A stretch of DNA of 64,000 nucleotides from Camelus ferus (Eukaryota). The stretch spans positions 119,104,001 to 119,168,000 of the forward strand of contig NC_045697.1 of assembly GCF_009834535.1 (NCBI RefSeq), given 5' to 3'. The translations under genes were made by a program, and so were the position numbers. A model generated the notes under the pieces. That model was not told where the DNA came from, did no database searches, and saw nothing but the letters and a program-made list of their open reading frames with translations. This document shows, one piece after another, positions 25,440-37,269 of this stretch. Numbering within the stretch: position 1 is the first letter of the stretch; every line of letters begins with the position of its first letter.

Positions 25440-27900
25440 GAAGGACGGTTTTCACACACACTTATCTCTCAGAACTGATCATGTGGAGAGAAGTTGGTTC
25501 ATGTACAAAAAATTGAACAGGTTGCAGGAGAAATTTTACTCTGGTTTTCAGTAAGTTTCCTAGTGCCGGTTTGAAGTTCCTGCAGATTCACTGTAAAATC
25601 GACTTGGAGCTAGAACCTCCCTATATATATGTATGGATTGGAGTTTGCAACTGAAAAGAAACTATATGTTTCCAAAAAGATAGGTGAAGGACGGCTTTCA
25701 CACACACTTACCTCTCAAAACTGAGAATGTGGATAGACGTTCGTTCATCTAGCACAAAGGGAACGGGTTGCCGTAGAAATTTTACTCTGGTTTCTCAGTC
25801 TGTTTCCTGGTTCTGGTATAAAATTCCTGCATTTTTCACTGTAAAACCGAGTTGGAGCTAGTACCTCCCTTATATATGTATGGAGTGGAGTTTGCAACTG
25901 AAAGAAACTATGTGTTCCCAACAAGCTAGGTGAAGGACGGCATTCACACACACTTATCTCTCAGAACTGAGCTTGTGGTGAGAGTATCGTTCATCTAGCA
26001 AAAAGGGAACTGTTTGCCGGAGAAAATTTTACTGTGGATTCTCAGTCTGTTTCCTAGTGCCCGTTTGAAGTTCCTGCAGTATTCACTGTAAAACTCAGTT
26101 GGAGCTAGTACCTACACATATATATGTATGGAGTGTTGTTTCATCTTAAAATAAATTTTGTGGTCCCAACAATATAGGTGAAGGTCGGCTACACACACAC
26201 GTATCTATCAGAAATAAGCATGTGGAGAGATGTTCGTTCATCTAGCAAAAAGGGAACGGGTTGCAGGTGAAACTTTTACTCTGCTTTCTAACTCTGTTTC
26301 CTAGTGCCGGTTTGAATTTCCTGCAGTTTTCACTGTAAAACCGAGTAGGAACTAGTCTCTCCCCATATATATGTATGGAGTTGTGTTTGCAACTGAAAAG
26401 AAACTTTGTGTTCCCAACAAGCTAGGTGAAAGAAGGCTTTCACACACACTTATCTCTCAGAATTTAGCATGTGGAGAGACGTTCTTTCATCTAGCAGAAA
26501 GGGAACGGATTGCAGGAGAAACTTTTACTCTGGTTCCTCAGTCTGTTTCCTAGTGCCGGTTTGAAGTTCCTGCAGATTTCACTGTAAAATAGATTTTGAG
26601 CTGGTACCTCCCCATATAAATGTATGGATTGGAGTTTACAACTGAAAAGAAACTTTGTGTTCCCAACAATCTAGGTGAAGAACGGCTTTCACACACACTT
26701 ATCTTTCCGAACTGATCATGTGGAGAGAAGTTGGTTCATGTACCACAAAGTGAACAGGTTGCAGGAGAAACTTTTACTCTGGTTTCAGTCAGTTTCCTAA
26801 TGCCTGGTTGAAGTTCCTGCAGATTCACTGTAAAATCGATTTGGAGCTAGAACCTCCCTATATATATGTATGGATTGGAGTTTGCAACTGAAAAGAAACT
26901 TTATGTTCCCAAAAAGATAGGTGAAGGACGGCTTTCACACACACTTACCTCTCAGAACTGAGCATGTGGAGAAACGTTCGTTCATCTAGCACAAAGGGAA
27001 CGGGTTTCAGGAAAAATTTTTACTCTGGTTTCTCAGTCTGTTTCCTGGTTCCGGTATAAAATTCCTGCATTTTTCACTGTAAAACCGAGTTGGAGCTAGT
27101 ACCTCCCTTATATATGTATGGAGTGGAGTTTGCAAGTGAAAAGAAACTATGGGTTCCCAGCAAGCTAAGTGAAGGACGGCATTCACACCCACTTATGTCT
27201 AGAACTGAGCATGTGGAGAAACTATCGTTCATCTAGCACAAAGGGAACGGGTTGCAGGAGAAACGTTTACAGTGGTTTCTTAGTCGGTTTCCCAGTGCCC
27301 GTTTGAAGTTCCTGCAGTAATCACTGTAAAACTCAGTTCGAGCTAGTACCTACATATATATATATGGATGGATTGGTGTTTGCATCTTAAAAGAAACTTT
27401 ATGTTCCCAACAATATAGGTGAATTTCGGCTACACACACACGTATCTCTCAGAAATGAGCATGTGGAGAAATGTTCGTTCATCTAGCAAAAAGGGAACTG
27501 GTTGCAGGTGAAACTTTTACTCTGCTTTCTAAGTCTGTTTCCTAGTGCCGGTTTGATGTTCCTGCAGTTTTCACTGTAAAACCGAGTTGGAGCTAGTCTC
27601 TCGCCATATATATGTATGGAGTGGAATTTGCAACTGAAAAGAAACTTTGTGTTCCCAACAAGCTAGGTGAAGGAAGGCTTTCACACACACTTATCTCTCA
27701 GAATTTGGCATGTGGAGAGACGTTCTTTCATCTAGCAAAAAGGAACGGATTGCAGGAGAATCTTTTACTCTGGTTCCTCAGTCTGTTTCCTAGTGCCGGT
27801 TTGTAGTTCCTGCAGATTTCACTGTAAAACCGATTTTGAGCTGGTACCTCCCCATAAATTTCTAAGGAGTGGACTGTGCAACTGAAAAGAAACTTTGTGT
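25440..27900 (+). repeat. Diverged 5-monomer (~1,240-bp) tandem pair
   Basis: ACTGATCATGTGGAGAGAAGTTGGTTCATGTAC occurs at ~25474 and ~26711. Pseudo-ORFs 26371/27612 are 1241 apart, with the same order of monomer types. Confidence 0.8.
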
Positions 27901-30900
27901 TCCCAACATGCTAGGTGAAGTACGGCTTTCACACAAACTTATCTCTCAGATCTGAGCATGTGGAGACACTTTCGTTCATCTAGCACAAAGGGAATGGTTT
28001 GCAGGTAACTTTAACTCTGGTTTTCAGACTGTTTCCTAGTGCCGGTTTGAAATTCCTGCAGATTCACTCTAAAATCTTGTTGGAGCTAATATCTCCCTAT
28101 ATATATGTATGGATTGGAATTTGCAACTGAAAAGAAACTTTGTATTCCCAACAAGATATATGAAGGATGGCATTCACACACACTTATCTCTCAGAACTTA
28201 CCATGTGGAGAGAAGTTCGTTGATTTATCACAAAGGGAATGGTTTGCAGGAAAAAATTTTACTCTGGTTTCTCAGTATTTTTCCTAGTTCCGGTATGAAA
28301 TTCCTGCAGTTTTCACTGTAAAACAGAGTTGGAGCTAGTACCTTCCCTTATATATGTATGGATTGGAGTTTGCAAATAAAAAGATACTTTGTGTTCCCAA
28401 CAAGCTAGGTGAAGTACGGCTTTCACACACACTTATCTCTCAGAACTTATTATGTGGAGAGAAGTTGGTTCATGTAGCACAAAGTGAACCGGTTGCAGGA
28501 ACAACTTTTACTCTGGTTTTCAGTCTGTTTCCTAGTACCGGATTGAAGTTCCTGCGTATTAACTGTAAAATCGATTTGGGGATAGTACCTCCCTATATAT
28601 ATGTATGGATTGGAGTTTGCAACTGAAAAGAAACTTTGTGTTCCCAACAAGCTAGGTGAAGGACGGCTTTCAAACACAATTATCTCTCAGAACTGAGCAT
28701 CTGGAAAGACTTTCGTTCATCTAGCACAAATGGAACGGTTTTCAGGAGAAACTTTTACTCTTGTTTCTCAGTGTGTTTCCCAGTGCCTGTTTGATGTTCC
28801 TGCAGTTTTCACTGTAAAACAGTGTTGGAGCTCGTACCTCCCCATATATATGTATGGAGTGGAGTTTTCAACTGAAAAGAAACTTGTGTTCCCAACAATC
28901 TAAGTGAGGGTAGGCTTTCACACACACTTATCACTAAGAACTGAGATTGTGGACAGATATTCGTTATCTAGCAAGAAAGGAACGGTTTTCAGGAGAAACA
29001 TTTACTCTGGTCTCTCAGTCTGTTTCCTAGTGCCGGTTTGAAGTTCCTGCAGTTTTCACTGTATAATCGATTTGGAGCTAGTACCTCCCTATATATATGT
29101 ATGGATTGGGGTTTGCAACTGAAAAGAATCTTTGTGTTCCCAACAAGCTTGGTGAATACGTCTTACACACACACTTATCTCTCAGAACTGAGCATGTTGG
29201 GTGACGTTTGTTCATCTAGCACAAAGGGATTGGGTTGCACGAGAAACTTTTACTCTGGTTTCTCAGTCTGTTTCCTAGTGCCGGTTTGAAGTTCCTGCAG
29301 TTTTCACTGTATAAACGATTTGGAGCTAGTACCTCCCTATATATATGTATGGATTGGGGTTTGCCACTGAAAAGAATCTTTGTGTTCCCAACAAGCTTGT
29401 TGAAGTACGGTTTTCACACACAATTATCTCTCAGATCTGAGCATGTGGAGTGACGTTCATTCATCTAGCACAAAGGGAATGGGTTGAAGATGAAACTTTC
29501 ACTCTGGTTTTCAGTCAGTTTCCTAGTGCCGGTTTGAAGATCCTGCAGATTCACTGTAAAATCGAGTTGGAGCTAGTACCTCCCTATATATATTTATGGA
29601 TTGGATTTTGCAACTGTAAAGATCTTTGTGTTCCCAACAAGCTAGGTGAAGGACGGCTTTCTCACACACTTATCTCTCAGAACTGAGCATGTGGAGATAC
29701 TTTCATTCATCTAGCACAAAGGGAACGGGTTGCAGGAGGAACTTTTACTCTGGTTTCTCAGTCTGTTTCCTAGTGCCGTTTTGAAATTCCTACTGTTTTC
29801 ACTGTAAAACCGAGTTGGAGCTAGTACTTACCCACATAAATGTATAGAGTGGGGTTTGCACCTGAAAAGAATCTTTGTGTTCCCAACAAGCGAGGTGAAG
29901 GGCGGCTTTCACACACACTTATCTCTCAGATCTGAGCATGTTGAGAGACGTTCGTTCATCTAGCACAATTGGAACGGGTTGCAGGAGAAATTTTTACTCT
30001 TGTTTCTAAAACTTTTCCTTGTGCCGGTTTGAAGTTCCTGCAGTTTTCCCTGTTAAACCGATTTGGAGCTTGTACCTCCCCATATATATGTATGGATTGG
30101 AGATTGCACCTGACCAGAATCTTTGTGTTCTTAACAAGCTAGGTGAAGTACGGCTTTCACACACACTTTTCTCACAGAACTGAGCATGTGGAGAGAAGTT
30201 CATTTATCTAGCAAAAAGAGAACGAGTTGCAGGAGAAACTTTTACTCTGGTTTCTCAGTCTGTTTCCTAGTGCCGGGTTGAAGTTCCTGCAGATTCACTG
30301 TAAAATCGATTTGAAGCTAGAACCTCCCTATATATATATGTGTTAATTGGGGTTTGCACCTGAAAAGAAACTTTATGTTCCCAAAAAGATAGGTGAAGGA
30401 CGGCTTTCACACACACTTACCTCTCAGAACTGAGCATGTAGAAAGACGTTCGTTCATCTAGCTCAAAGGGAAAGGGTTGCAGGAGTAATTATTACTCTGG
30501 TTTCTCAGTCTGTTTCCTGGTTCCGGTATAAAATTCCTCAATTTTTCACTGTAAAACCGAGTTCGAGCTAGTACCTCCCTTATATATGTATGGAGTGGGG
30601 TTTGCAACTGCAAAGAAACTATGTGTTCCCAACAAGCTAGTTGAAGGACGGCATTCACACACACTTATCTCTCAGAACTGAGCATGTGGAGAGACTTTCG
30701 TTCATCTAGCACAAAGGGAACGGTTTGCAGTTGAAATTTTACCTGTTTATTAAGTCTGTTTCCTTGTTCCAGTTTGAATTTCCTGCAGTTTTCACTGTAA
30801 AACCGAGTTGGAGCTAGTTTCTCCCCATATATATGTATGGAATGGAGTTTGCAACTGAAAAGAAACTTTGTTTTCCCAACAAGCAAGGGGAAGGGAGGCT

Positions 30901-33900
30901 TTCACACACACTTATCTCTCAGAATTTAGCATGTGGAGAGACGTTCTTTCATCTAGCACAAAGGGAACGGATTGCAGGAGAAACTTTTACTCTGGTTCCT
31001 CAGTCTGTTTCCTAGTGCCGGTTTGAATTTCCTGCAGATTTCACTATACAACCGATTTTGAGCTGGTACCTCCCCATATAATTGTATGGATTGGAGTTTG
31101 CAACTGAAAAGAATATTTGTGTTCCTAATATGCAATGTGAATGACGGCTTTAACACACACTTATCTCTCAGAACTGAGCATGTGGAGAGACGTTCGTTCA
31201 TCTAGCAAAAATTGAACGGTTTACAGGAGAAACATTTACTCTGGTTTCTCAGTGTGTTTCCCAGTGCTGGTTTGTAGTTCCTGCAGTTATCACTATAAAA
31301 CCGAGTTGGAGCTAGTCTCTCCCCATATATATGTATTGACTGGAGTGTGCAACTGAAAAGACTTTGTGTTCCCAACATGCTAGTTGAAGGACGGCTTTCA
31401 CATACACTTATCTCTCATATCTGAGCATGTGGAGAGACGTTCGTTCATCTAGCAGAAAGGGAATTGTTTGCAGGGTAACTTTTACTCTGGTTTTCAGACT
31501 GTTTCCTAGTGCCGGGTTGAAGTTCCTGCAGATTCACTGTAAAATCGAGTTGGAGCTAGTACCTCCCTATATATATGAATGGATTGGATTTTGCAACTGA
31601 AAAGAAACTTTGTGTTCCCAACAAGATATGTGAAGAATGGCTTTCACACACACATATCTCTCAGAATTTACCATGTGGAGAGAAGTTCGTTCATCTATCA
31701 CAAAGGGAATGGGTTGCAGGGAAAACTTTTACTCTGATTTCTCATTCTGTTTCCTAGTTCCGGTTTGAAGTTCCTGCAGTTTTCACTGTAAAACCGAGAT
31801 GTAGCTTGTTCCTCCCCAAATAAATTTATGGAGTGTAGTACTCATATGAAAAGAAACTTTGAGTTACCAACAAGCTAGCTGAAGGCTGCTTTAACACAGA
31901 CATATCTCTCAGTCCTGAGCATGTGGAGAGACTTTCGTTCATCTAGCACAAAATAACGTGTTGCAGGGGAAACATTTACTCTGGTTTCTCAGTATGTTTC
32001 TTGTGTCGGTTTGAAATTCCTGAAGATTTCACTGTAAAACAGAGATTGAACTAGTACCTCCCCATATATTTGTATTGAATGGAGTTTGCAAACGAAAAGA
32101 AACTTTGTGTTCCCAACAAGCTAGGTGAAGTACGGCTTTCACTAAACCCTTATCTCTCAGAAATGAGCGTTTGGATCGACTTTCGTTCATCTAGCACAAA
32201 ATGAACGGATTGCAGGAGAAACTTTTACTCTGGTTTTCAGTCTGTTTCCTAGTGCCGGTTTGAAGTTCCTGCAGATTCACTGTAAAATCGATTTGGAGCT
32301 AGAACCTCCCTATATATATGTATTAATTGGGGTTTGCAACTGAAAAGAAAATTTATGTTCCCAAAAAGATAGGCTGAAGTACGGCTTTCACACACACTTA
32401 CCTCTCAGAACTGAGCATGTAGAGAGACGTTCGTTCATCTAGCACAAAGGGAACGGGTTGCAGGAGAAATTTTTACTCTGGTTTCTCAGTCGGTTTCCTG
32501 GTTCCGGTATAAAATTCCTGCATATTTCACTGTAAAACCGAGTTGGAGCTAGTACCTCCCTTATATATGTATGTAGTTGAGTTTGCAGCTGCAAAGAAAT
32601 TATGTGTTCCCAACAAGCTATGTGAAGGACGGCATTGACACACACTTATCTCTCAGAACTGAGCATGTGGAGAGACTATCGTTCATCTAGCACAAATGGA
32701 GTGGTTTGCAGGAGAAACTTTTACTCTGGTTTCTCTGTCTGTTTCCTAGTGCCGGTTAGAAGTTCCTGCAGTTTTCACTGTAAATGCGAGTTGGAGCTAG
32801 TACCTCCCCGTATATATGTATGGACTGGAGATTTCCAACTGAAAAGAAACTTTGTATTCCCAACAAGATATGTAAAGAAGGCTTTCAAACACAATTATCT
32901 CTCAGAACTGAGCAACTGGAGAGACTTTTGTTCATCTAGCACAAATGGAACGGAGTTTCAGGAGAAACTTTTACTCTTGTTTCTCAGTGTGTTTCCCAGT
33001 GCCTGTTTGAAGTTCCTGCAGTTTTCACTGTAAAACTGTGTTGGAGCTCGTACCTCCCCATATATATGTATAGAGTGGAGTTTGCAATTGAAAAGTTACT
33101 TTGTGTTTCCATCAAGCTATGTGAGGGAAGTCTTTCACTCACACTTATCATTAAGAACTGAGATTGTGGACAGATATTCGTTCATCTAGCACGAAAGGAA
33201 CGGTTTTCAGGAGAAACAATTACTCTGGTTTCTCAGTCTGTTTCCTAGTGCCGGTTTGAAGTTCCTGCAGTTTTCACTGTATAATCGATTTGGAGCTAGT
33301 ACCTCCCTATATATATGTATGGATTGGGGTTTGCAACTGAAAAGAATCTTTGTGTTCCCAACAAGCTTGGTGAAGGACAGCTTACACACACAATTATCTC
33401 TCAGAACTGAGCATGTGGAGTGACGTTCGTTCATCTAGCACAAAGGGAATGGGTTGCATTAGAAACTGTTTCTCTGATTTTCAGTCTGTTTCCTAGTTCC
33501 GGGTTGAAGTTCCTGCAGATTCACTGTAAAATCGAGTTGGAGCTAGTACCTCCCTATATATAATTATGGATTGGAGTTGGCAACTGAAAAGAAAATTTGT
33601 GTTCCCAACAAGATAGGTGAAGGACGGCTTTCTCACACACCTATCTCTCAGAACTGAGCATGTGGAGATACGTTCGTTCATCTATCACAAAGGGAACGGG
33701 TTGCAGGAGAAACTTTTACTCTGGTTTCTCAGTCTGTTTCCTAGTGCCGTTTTGAAATTCCTACTGTTTTCACTGTAAAACCGAGTTGGAGCTAGTACCT
33801 ACCCATATAAATCTATTGAGAGGTGTTTGCACCTGAAAAGAAACTTTGTGTTCCAAACAAGTGAGGTTAAGGACGGCTTTCACACACACTTATCTCTCAG

Positions 33901-36900
33901 ATCTGAGCATGTTGAGAGACGTTCGTTTATCTAGCACAATTGGAACGGGTTGCAGGAGAAATTTTTACTCTTCTTTCTCAAACTTTTCCTTGTGCCGGTT
34001 TGAAGTTCCTGCAGTTTTCCCTGTTAAACCGATTTGGAGCTTGTACCTCCCCATATATATGTGTGGATTGGAGTTTGCACCTGACCAGAATCTTTGTGTT
34101 CTTAACAAGCTAGGTGAAGGACTGCTTTCACACACACTTATCTCACAGAACTGAGCATGTGGAGAGACGTTCATTTATCTAGCACAAGGAAAATGGTTGC
34201 AGGATAGACTTTTACTCTGCTTTCTCAGTCTGTTTCCTAGTGCCGGTTAGAAGTTCCTGCAGTTTTCACTGTAAAAGCGAGTTGGATCTAGTACCTAACC
34301 GTATATATGTATGGACTCGAGTTTCCAACTGAAAAGACACTTTGTATTCCCAACAAGCTATGTGAAGGAAGGCTTTCAAACACAATAATCTCTCAGAACT
34401 TAGCATTTGGAGAGACGTTGGTTCAACTAGCACAAAGGAAAAGGGTTGCAGCAGAAACTTTAACTCTGGTTTCTCAGTCTGTTTCCTTGAGCCGGTTTGA
34501 AATTCCTGCAGTTTTCACTGTAAAACCGTGTTTTAGCTAGTACCTCCCCATATATATGTATGGATTGGGGTTTGCAACTGAAAAGAAACTTTGTGTCCCC
34601 AACAAGCTAGGTTAAGGACGGCTTTCACACACACTTATCTCTCAGATCTTAGCATGTGGAGAGACTTTCGTTCATCTAGAACAAATGGTGTGGTTTGCAG
34701 GAGAAACTTTTACTCTGGTTTTCAGTCTGTTTCCCAGTGCCGGGTTGAAATTCCTGCAGATTCACTGTAAAAAAGATTTGGAGCTAGTACCTCCCTATAT
34801 ATATTTATGGATTGGAGTTTGCAACTTAAAAGAAACATTGTGTTCGCAACAAGTTATTTGAAGGACGGCTTTAACACAAAATTATCTCTCAGAACTAAGC
34901 ATGTGGAGAGACGTTCGTTCATCTAGCACAAAGGGAACGGGTTGCAGGAGAAACTTTTACTCTGGTTTCTCAGTCTGTTTCCTAGTGCAGTTTTGAAATT
35001 CCTACTGTTTTCACTGTAAAACCGAGTTGGATCTAGTACCTACCCATATAAATCTATTGAGTTGTGTTTGCACCTGAAAAGAAACTTTGTGTTCCCAACA
35101 AGCGAGTTGAAGTACGGCTTTCACACACACTTATCTCTCAGATCTGAGCATGTTGAGAGACGTTCGTTCATCTAGCACAAGTGGAACGGGTTGCAGGAGA
35201 AATTTTTACTCTTGTTTCTCAAACTTTTCCTTGTGCCGGTTTGAAGTTCCTGCAGTTTTCCCTGTTAAAACGATTTGGAGCTTGTACCTCCCCATATATA
35301 TGTATGGATTATAGTTTGCACCTGACCAGAATCTTTGTGTTCTTAACAAGCTAGGTGAAGGACGGCTTTCACACACACTTTTCTCACAGAACTGAGCATG
35401 TGGAGAGACGTTCATTTATCTAGCACAAAGGAAAAGTGTTGCAGGAGAGACTTTTACTCTGGTTTCTCAGTCTGTTTCCTAGTTCCGTTTAGAAGTTCCT
35501 GCACTTTTCACTGTCAAACTGATTTGGAGCTCGTACCTCCCCATTTATATGTTTGGAGTGGAGTGGGCATCTGAAAAGGAACTTTGTGTTCCCAACAAGA
35601 TAGGTGAAGGAAGGCTTTCTCACACACCTATCTCTCTGAACTGAGCATGTGGTGATACGTTCGTTCATCTAGCACAAAGGGAACGGGTTGCAGGAGAAAC
35701 TTTTACTCTGGTTTCTCAGTCTGTTTCCTAGTGCCTTTTGAAGTTCCTACTCTTTTCACTGTAAAAGCGAGTTGGAGCTAGTACCTACCCATATAAATGT
35801 ATTGAGTGGAGTTTGCACCTGAAAAGAAACTTTGTGTTCCCAACAAGCTAGGTGAAGGAAGGCTTTCACACACACTTATCTCTAAGAACTGATCATGTGG
35901 AGAGAAGATGGTTCATGTAGCCAAAGTGAACCGGTTGCAGGAGAAATTTTACTCTGGTTTTCAGTCTGTTTCCTAGTGCCGGTTTGAAGTTCCTGCAGAT
36001 TCAATGTAAAATCGATTTGGAGCTAGAACCTCCCTATATATATGTATTAACTGGAGTTTGCAACTGAAAAGAAACTTTATGTTCCCAAAAAGATAGGTGA
36101 AGCACGGCTTTCACCCACAATTTCCTCTCAGAACTGAGCATGTAGAGAGACGTTCGTTCCTCTAGCACAAAGGGAACGGGTTGCAGGAGAAATTTTTACT
36201 CTGGTTTCTCAGTCTGTTTCCTGGTTCCGGTATAAAATTCCTGCATTTTTCACTGTAAAACCGAGTTGGAGCTAGTACCTCCCTTATATATATATGGAGT
36301 GGAGTTTGCAACTGCAAAGAAACTATGTGTTCCCAACAAGCTAGTTGAAGGACGGCATTCACACACACTTATCTCTCAGAACAGAGCATGTGGAGAGACT
36401 ATCGTTCATCTAGGACAAAGGGAACGGTTTGCAGGTGAAACTTTTACTCTGTTTTTTGTCTTTTTCCTAGTGCCGCTTTGAAGTTCCTGCAGTTTACACT
36501 GTAAAACCGAGTTGGAGCTAGTTTCTCCCCATATATATGTATGGAGTGGAGTTTGCAACTGAAAAGAAACTTTGTTTTCCCAACAAGCTAGGGGAAGGGA
36601 GGCTTTCACACACACTTATCTCTCAGAATTTAGCATGTGGAGAGACGTTCTTTCATCTAGCACAAAGGGAACGGATTGCAGGAGAAACTTTTACTCTGGT
36701 TCCTCAGTCTGTTTCCTAGTGCCGGTTTGAATTTCCTGCAGATTTCACTATAAAACCGATTTTGAGCTGGTACCTCCCCATATAAATGTATGGATTGGAG
36801 TTTGCAACTGAAAAGAAAATTTGTGTTCCCAACAAGCAATGTGAATGACGGCTTTAACACACACTTATCTCTCAGAACTGAGCATGTGGAGAGACGTTCG

Positions 36901-37269
36901 TTCATCTAGCAAAAATTGAACGGGTTGCCGGAGAAACATTTACTCTGGTTTCTCAGTGTGTTTCCCAGTGCCGGTTTGTAGTTCCTGCAGTTATCACTGT
37001 AAAACAGAGTTGGAGCTAGTCTCTCCCCATATATATGTATTGACTGGAGTGTGCAACTGAAAAGACTTTGAGTTCCCAACATGCTACTTGAAGGGCGGCT
37101 TTCACACACACTTATCTCTCAGATCTGAGCATGTGGAGAGACGTTCGTTCATCTAGCACAAAGGGAATTGTTTGCAGGTTAACTTTTACTCTGGTTTTCA
37201 GACTGTTTCCTAGTGCCTGGTTGAAGTTCCTGCAGATTCACTGTAAAATCGAGTTGGAGCTAGTACCTC

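Larger units (their letters stand above)
13700..37269 (+). repeat. Copy 1 of a ~23-kb tandem duplication
   Basis: Pseudo-ORF offsets to copy 2: 13959/37528 (23569), 18783/41855 (23072), 24205/47279 (23074), 27612/49701 (22089), 30006/52593 (22587), 36906/59491 (22585). Confidence 0.93.
19480..37269 (+). repeat. Diverged monomeric / relic-HOR satellite layer 1
   Basis: Same 249-bp monomer, but the A-G cycle is lost after ~19480. Adjacent monomers carry many private substitutions, and only local or old periodicities remain. Confidence 0.88.
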
